A stretch of DNA of 64,000 nucleotides, from contig CBFFRQ010000078.1 of the NCBI GenBank assembly GCA_965644315.1, forward strand, positions 62,001 to 126,000, in the 5' to 3' direction. Within the stretch, counting starts at the first letter, position 1. Every line of letters begins with the position of its first letter. This DNA is from Caecitellus pseudoparvulus (Eukaryota > Protista > Bigyra: Bicosoecida). The position numbers were made by a program, and so were the translations under genes. Below, piece after piece: positions 59,601-64,000 of the stretch. Below the pieces are notes generated by a model, which was given only the letters and a program-made list of their open reading frames with translations, was not told where the DNA came from and made no database searches.

Positions 59601-62600
59601 CCCCTTGCACACCCCAGGCGCGCCCCCCCTAGCCACCCCTCAGGATGTGCCCTGGGCCACCGGTGCCCTGCACCCCAACGACGCCTTTGCCAGGTCGGAA
59701 CACGGCCATGCCGCCGTGGTGTTCTCAGAAGACCTATGCCCCGTCTCGCTGGAGCTGGCCGCCACCCAAGCGCGTCTGGCGCGTGTGACAGCCAGAACAG
59801 ACTGGGCTCTGTTCCAGGTGGCCCAGCGCGTGCTGGAGTCAGGAGAGGCCAGCACGCAGGCAGGCATCCTGCCGCTGTTCTGCGCAGAACACCACCTGCA
59901 GAGCGTCGTGGACGTTCTGGCCGCCCAGCGACATGCATCGGCACCCCCCCTGTACAGGGCCCCTGCCCCCCCCCCTCTGCCCACCACCTCCTGGCTCGCG
60001 GCCGTGCTGCAGGTGACTCGTGCCGTGAACCACACGCCTGGCTCGCTGTGGAGCGGCGAGTCACTGCGCGAGTCACCCCGTGCACCGCCACTGCCGCTGC
60101 CACCTGTGCCTGCCGCAGCCGGAACACGGGGTTGGGACGGAACACCTGGCGCCCTCGTGCGTGACGGGTTCTGGGAGTCACTGGTGCTGAACGTGCTGCA
60201 GCAGCTGCACGCGTGGCAGCGCGTTTCAGCTGCGTTTCACCGCGGCACCAGTGACCGCACGCCCACCTTCAATCAGCTGGAGGCAGAAGCCATTCCCGCG
60301 TCGTGGAGAGTGAAGGTGGCGGGGCGGGTGGTGCCGGGAGAGGGGGGCACTGCCCCCCCCTCCACCCCCTCCCGAGCAGGCACAGAGCACGGCTCAGGGG
60401 TGGGTGGCAGTGCACATGCTGTGGAGGGTGGCAAGCGCCTGAGGGGGGGTGCGGGCGGGGGTGCAGGGGGGGGTCGGCGGTCACGACGAGGCCGCCGCCC
60501 CCGCTCCAGCGCCAGTGCAACCTCCTCCCCTGGAGGGGGGGGTGTGCAGGGGGGGGGAGGTGGCGAGGGGGGGGATGCGCCCCCCTCCCCCACCGACGCC
60601 GATGTCGTGTGCCAGGTGTGTTTTGACGGCACTTGCTTCGACGACAACTCCATCATCATGTGTGACGCCTGTAGTGTCCCCGTGCATGTCTGGTGCTACG
60701 GTATCGGCGCTGTGCCTGATGGGGATGCGCCCTGGCTCTGTGACGTGTGTAGTCAGGCAGCGGTGGGGGCGGGGACCGCATCCATCACGGCTGAGGGCAC
60801 ATTGGACGTGCAGGGGTCCTCCTCCTCCCAACGGCGGGGAGGGGGGGACGGAGTCACTTTCTCTGCTGCGTTGCCAACGCTGGCTCGGCGGGTGACGCAC
60901 CTCCCCTCAGCGCTGGAGCAGGGGGGGGCGTCCGTCGGGGATGCCCAGTGGCAGTTGGAGTCTGCGGCAGTGGGGCGTAATACGCTGGAGTGGCACCACT
61001 CCAAACACCGCCCCGAGGGTGGCGAGTGGGTCGTGCCACCGGGCGCGCTGGGCCCACCCTCTGCATGCTGCCTGGCACCACCCCCCTCACGCCGAGGCGC
61101 ACCCCCCCCCTTCACCCCCTTCGACGTCTCCTGTGCCCTGTGTGGCGGGGCAGGTGGCGCCATGAAGATGACCCGGTGTGGGCGGTGGGTGCACGTGTCC
61201 TGTGCCCTGTGGACACCAGGCGTGTGGGTGGGCGACCTGCACCGCATGTCCCCCATCGAGATGCGACCTGAGATCGTGCAGGCCCAGGCCGCCGCCAGCA
61301 TCACCTCCCCTGCAGCCCTGCGCCGCCTGTTGCGGGGGGGGCGGGGGCGCGCCCTGCTGGAGTTGGTGGGGGAGGGAGGGGTGTCGCACCCCCCCCCTCA
61401 CACCCCTCAGGTCGACCTCCTGCGCATCCTGCGCCCCTCTGCCCTTGGCGCGGGGCTGCCCCCCCCACCGGGGTATGTCCAGGCTTGTGTCCGGAATTTG
61501 GTGCACAGCGCCTGTGAGGGGTGTGAGGGGGGGGGCGGGCACAACCCCCACCTGCTGCTGCCCCAGCGGTCATCAGCCCCCCCCCCTGACACCCCCTCTG
61601 TGGGGGGTAGCAAGCGGGCTCGATCTCCTGAAGGGGGGGCAGGGGCGGACCCCACCCCCGTCCCCTCCCAGCGCGTGGCGGACGCGCTGGCGGCCTGGGG
61701 CATCGAGTTGCACGATGAAGGGTCGGACCGTCATCGCGGCGCCGTCATCCTCACCCCCCGCTACGCCCTCGCGCGGCGGCTGGGCAACCTCTCCCAGCGC
61801 AGTGCCCGCCTGGAGGCCAAGTGTGTGTCTATGCTCACTGAGCTGCTGTCTGACAAGCCCCGGCGGGGGGTCACTCTGGAGGCGTACGAGCAGGCGTGTG
61901 CTGCGTTTCATAAGTCCACGTCGGATGTCGGGGTGCGTGTGCGTCTGAAGCTGTTCCCGGCAGGGCACCGTATTACGCGGGAGGACCTCAGGGCCGTCAA
62001 GGCCGCCTCGCGTGCCCAGCCCGCCGCCACACCCGCTGACACACCGACACCGGGGGGAGGGGATGGAGGTGGTGCAGTGGACCCCCCTGACACCCCCCTG
62101 GGGTCTGACCGAGGGTCGATAGGGGGGGGGGTCCTGGACACACCCGGACCCCCCTCTCTGCACAGCCAGGTGCAGGCGGCCCTGGCCGCGGGAGGGGGGG
62201 CTTGCCGCCGCACTCTGCTGTCCACCACACCCGCGACCTTAGATAGCCTCAGCGCTGCCCTGAGCCAGCTGGCGGCACGGGTGGGGATGCAGGGTGCCGC
62301 CGCCACCGCCGCGGAGGAGGAGGGGGGGGGACATGCGTGTTCCGCCTTGGGTGTTCCGGGTGCCCCTGTCTGCCCCGTGTGTCAGTCTGGCGGCGGGCGC
62401 CTGCTGCGCACCCCCGTGTTCGGGGGGGCTGGGGGCTCCCCCCACCCCCCCCTCACGGGCTGGGTGTGGGTACACCCCATGTGTGCTTGGGTGGGGGGGT
62501 GGCACATGCGGCTCCTGCGGTGGCCCCGTGTGGAGGAGGCGGAGGAGGGGGGGGCGTCAGGGGTCCCCCCCCTGCACCCCCTCCTCCGGGATGTGGCTGT

Positions 62601-64000
62601 GGACCGCCAGCCCGTGTTCCGACCTGGAAGGCAGAACACGGGATCCGTGGCTGAAGCACTGGAGCACTTGCCCCCCTCTCCCCAGGAACTGAACACGTAC
62701 CAATTGGGCTGCCCTGACGGCACCCTGTACGCGGGAGCAGACAGCACAGCGCTCGTGATCAGTGCCCCCCCTAACACCCCTGCCTGGGTGCACACGCGCG
62801 ACCCCAGCTCGGGCATTCCTGAGTGGGGCATCCCCCCCCTGTCACCCCACCTCGTCGCAGCCTTGTGGCGGCTGCATCACCCCGCCCCCCACAGCGCTGC
62901 GTTGCAGTGGCTGATCCGAGACTGGTACAGACACAGCCCTGGGGTGGGGCTGGCCTTCAGCGGAAGGTTTATCCGCACCGCTGGACCTGGGGGGCACCTC
63001 CCCTGGTCCGGGGTGGATACGTCCCCTGGCGCCGTGCCACCAACCAGGGGTGCAGGGGGGGGAGGGATGACCCCTGCGCCCACGACATCGGCAGGGGGTG
63101 CGGCACCCCCCCCTGCACCCCCCTCCGCCCTGCACGCACCCCCCTCCTCCTCGGCAGAGGCCCGCCCAATGGCTGCCAGTGTTGCCAGTGATGCCGCCAC
63201 CCTGGCGTCGGGGAGGGACATGCCCCCCCCCTCCGCCCCCCCCTCATCCACCACCAGTGGCGGGCCGGCGAGGTCCGGACCGGCACCCCCCGCTCCCCTC
63301 CGCGTCCCAGCCTCGGGCAGTGGGGCCACCTCCCCGCCAACCCCTGGCCTGGCCCTGCCCGAGACGGCGTCCCTGCTCGTGGAGCGTTTCAGCCTTGCTG
63401 CGTTGATGCAGCTGATCGCGGCGCTGGGCCCCGTGCGGCCCAAGGCCGGCCGAGCCGCCCAGCGCCGCGCCATCCCTGCCAGGGCGCTGAACCTGCCTCG
63501 AGACCTGTGTGAAAGCGGGCTGATGTACTCGCCGCCGGTCTGTGCGGTGTGCTGCGACGTCGGCGTGCCGGCCACGCTCAGCTGCGCCTGCTGCGGAATT
63601 AGCGTGCACGCGCACTGCGTGGGGCTGGGCGACGCCCCCTTCCCCGACCTGCACGCCATCACCAGCTCCACGTCCCAAGCGGGCCGTGCGAAATACGCAG
63701 ACCCCATCCTCAGCGACGCCCAGGGCAAACGCAGCAACGCAGCGGCTGCCGCGTGCTTCTCAAAATCCGCTGGCGCCCACGGGCTGCCGGCACTGGCACA
63801 CGCCCTGCGAGGGGTCATGCTGGCCACGCCGGCCTCCAAACAACAAACCCTCTCCTCTGAGCAAGTGGCGGCTTCCGCAGAGCTGCTGCAGCGGTACGGG
63901 CGGTCGGCTGCTGCGACGGTGGCGGGTGCGACGCCGTTGTCGCACGGTGCGCTGGCGGCGCTGGTGGGGCGATCTCGGGTCGTGAGGAGCAGCTCCAAGG
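56643..64000 (+). CDS. Large PHD/PZP-finger chromatin reader with BRPF/JADE/AF10-type module; 3'-partial, with multiple apparent frameshifts
   Basis: Open from ATG 56643 for about 1000 codons (an upstream exon is possible via the acceptor at 56620). PHD1 CQVC..CDAC..VHVWCYG..WLCDVC at 60601-60750, Zn-knuckle CALC..GGAMK..WVHVSCALWTP near 61120-61270, CPVC..WVHPMCAW near 62370-62490, and CAVC..CACCGISVHAHCVG near 63540-63630. Frame breaks coincide with G/C runs. Confidence 0.75.

Overview
Gene-dense, GC-rich eukaryotic nuclear DNA. It is not prokaryotic: the genes carry short spliceosomal introns, mostly 59-115 nt, and I reconstructed 50 of them by restoring conserved protein motifs across GT..AG boundaries. 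MKS1, a CEP350-like scaffold, a P2C Na+/K+-ATPase with a very long M7-M8 loop and TOP6B suggest a flagellated protist, possibly a stramenopile (inference only). I support 22 protein-coding genes: TPR/HAT protein (5'-partial), MKS1, FSP1/AIFM2-like oxidoreductase, standalone OvoA-C-terminal-type methyltransferase, two convergent ATP10-like paralogues, OAT, CEP350-like giant protein, Tousled-like kinase, Rab18, TOP6B, ORMDL, cathepsin B, a cyclic-nucleotide PDE with a 2.5-kb coding repeat, an orphan SKP1/BTB-like protein, a coiled-coil protein, a Kelch-BTB protein, TRAPPC5, Na+/K+-ATPase alpha, BUB3, an N-terminally extended Rab, and a 3'-partial PHD/PZP chromatin protein. I recognised no rRNA, tRNA, CRISPR array or mobile element. 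The most unusual observations are: (1) the ATP10 pair share intron positions and their stop codons form the palindrome TAATGCATTA; (2) a DUF427-like domain and a charged single-helix repeat sit inside the CEP350-like protein; (3) the PDE carries about 65 PPPGRG motifs; (4) an ovothiol-type methyltransferase lies next to a probably myristoylated FSP1-like reductase. Frameshifts at G/C homopolymers in two genes are most likely sequencing errors. All homology calls are from motif recognition by eye, not from database searches.
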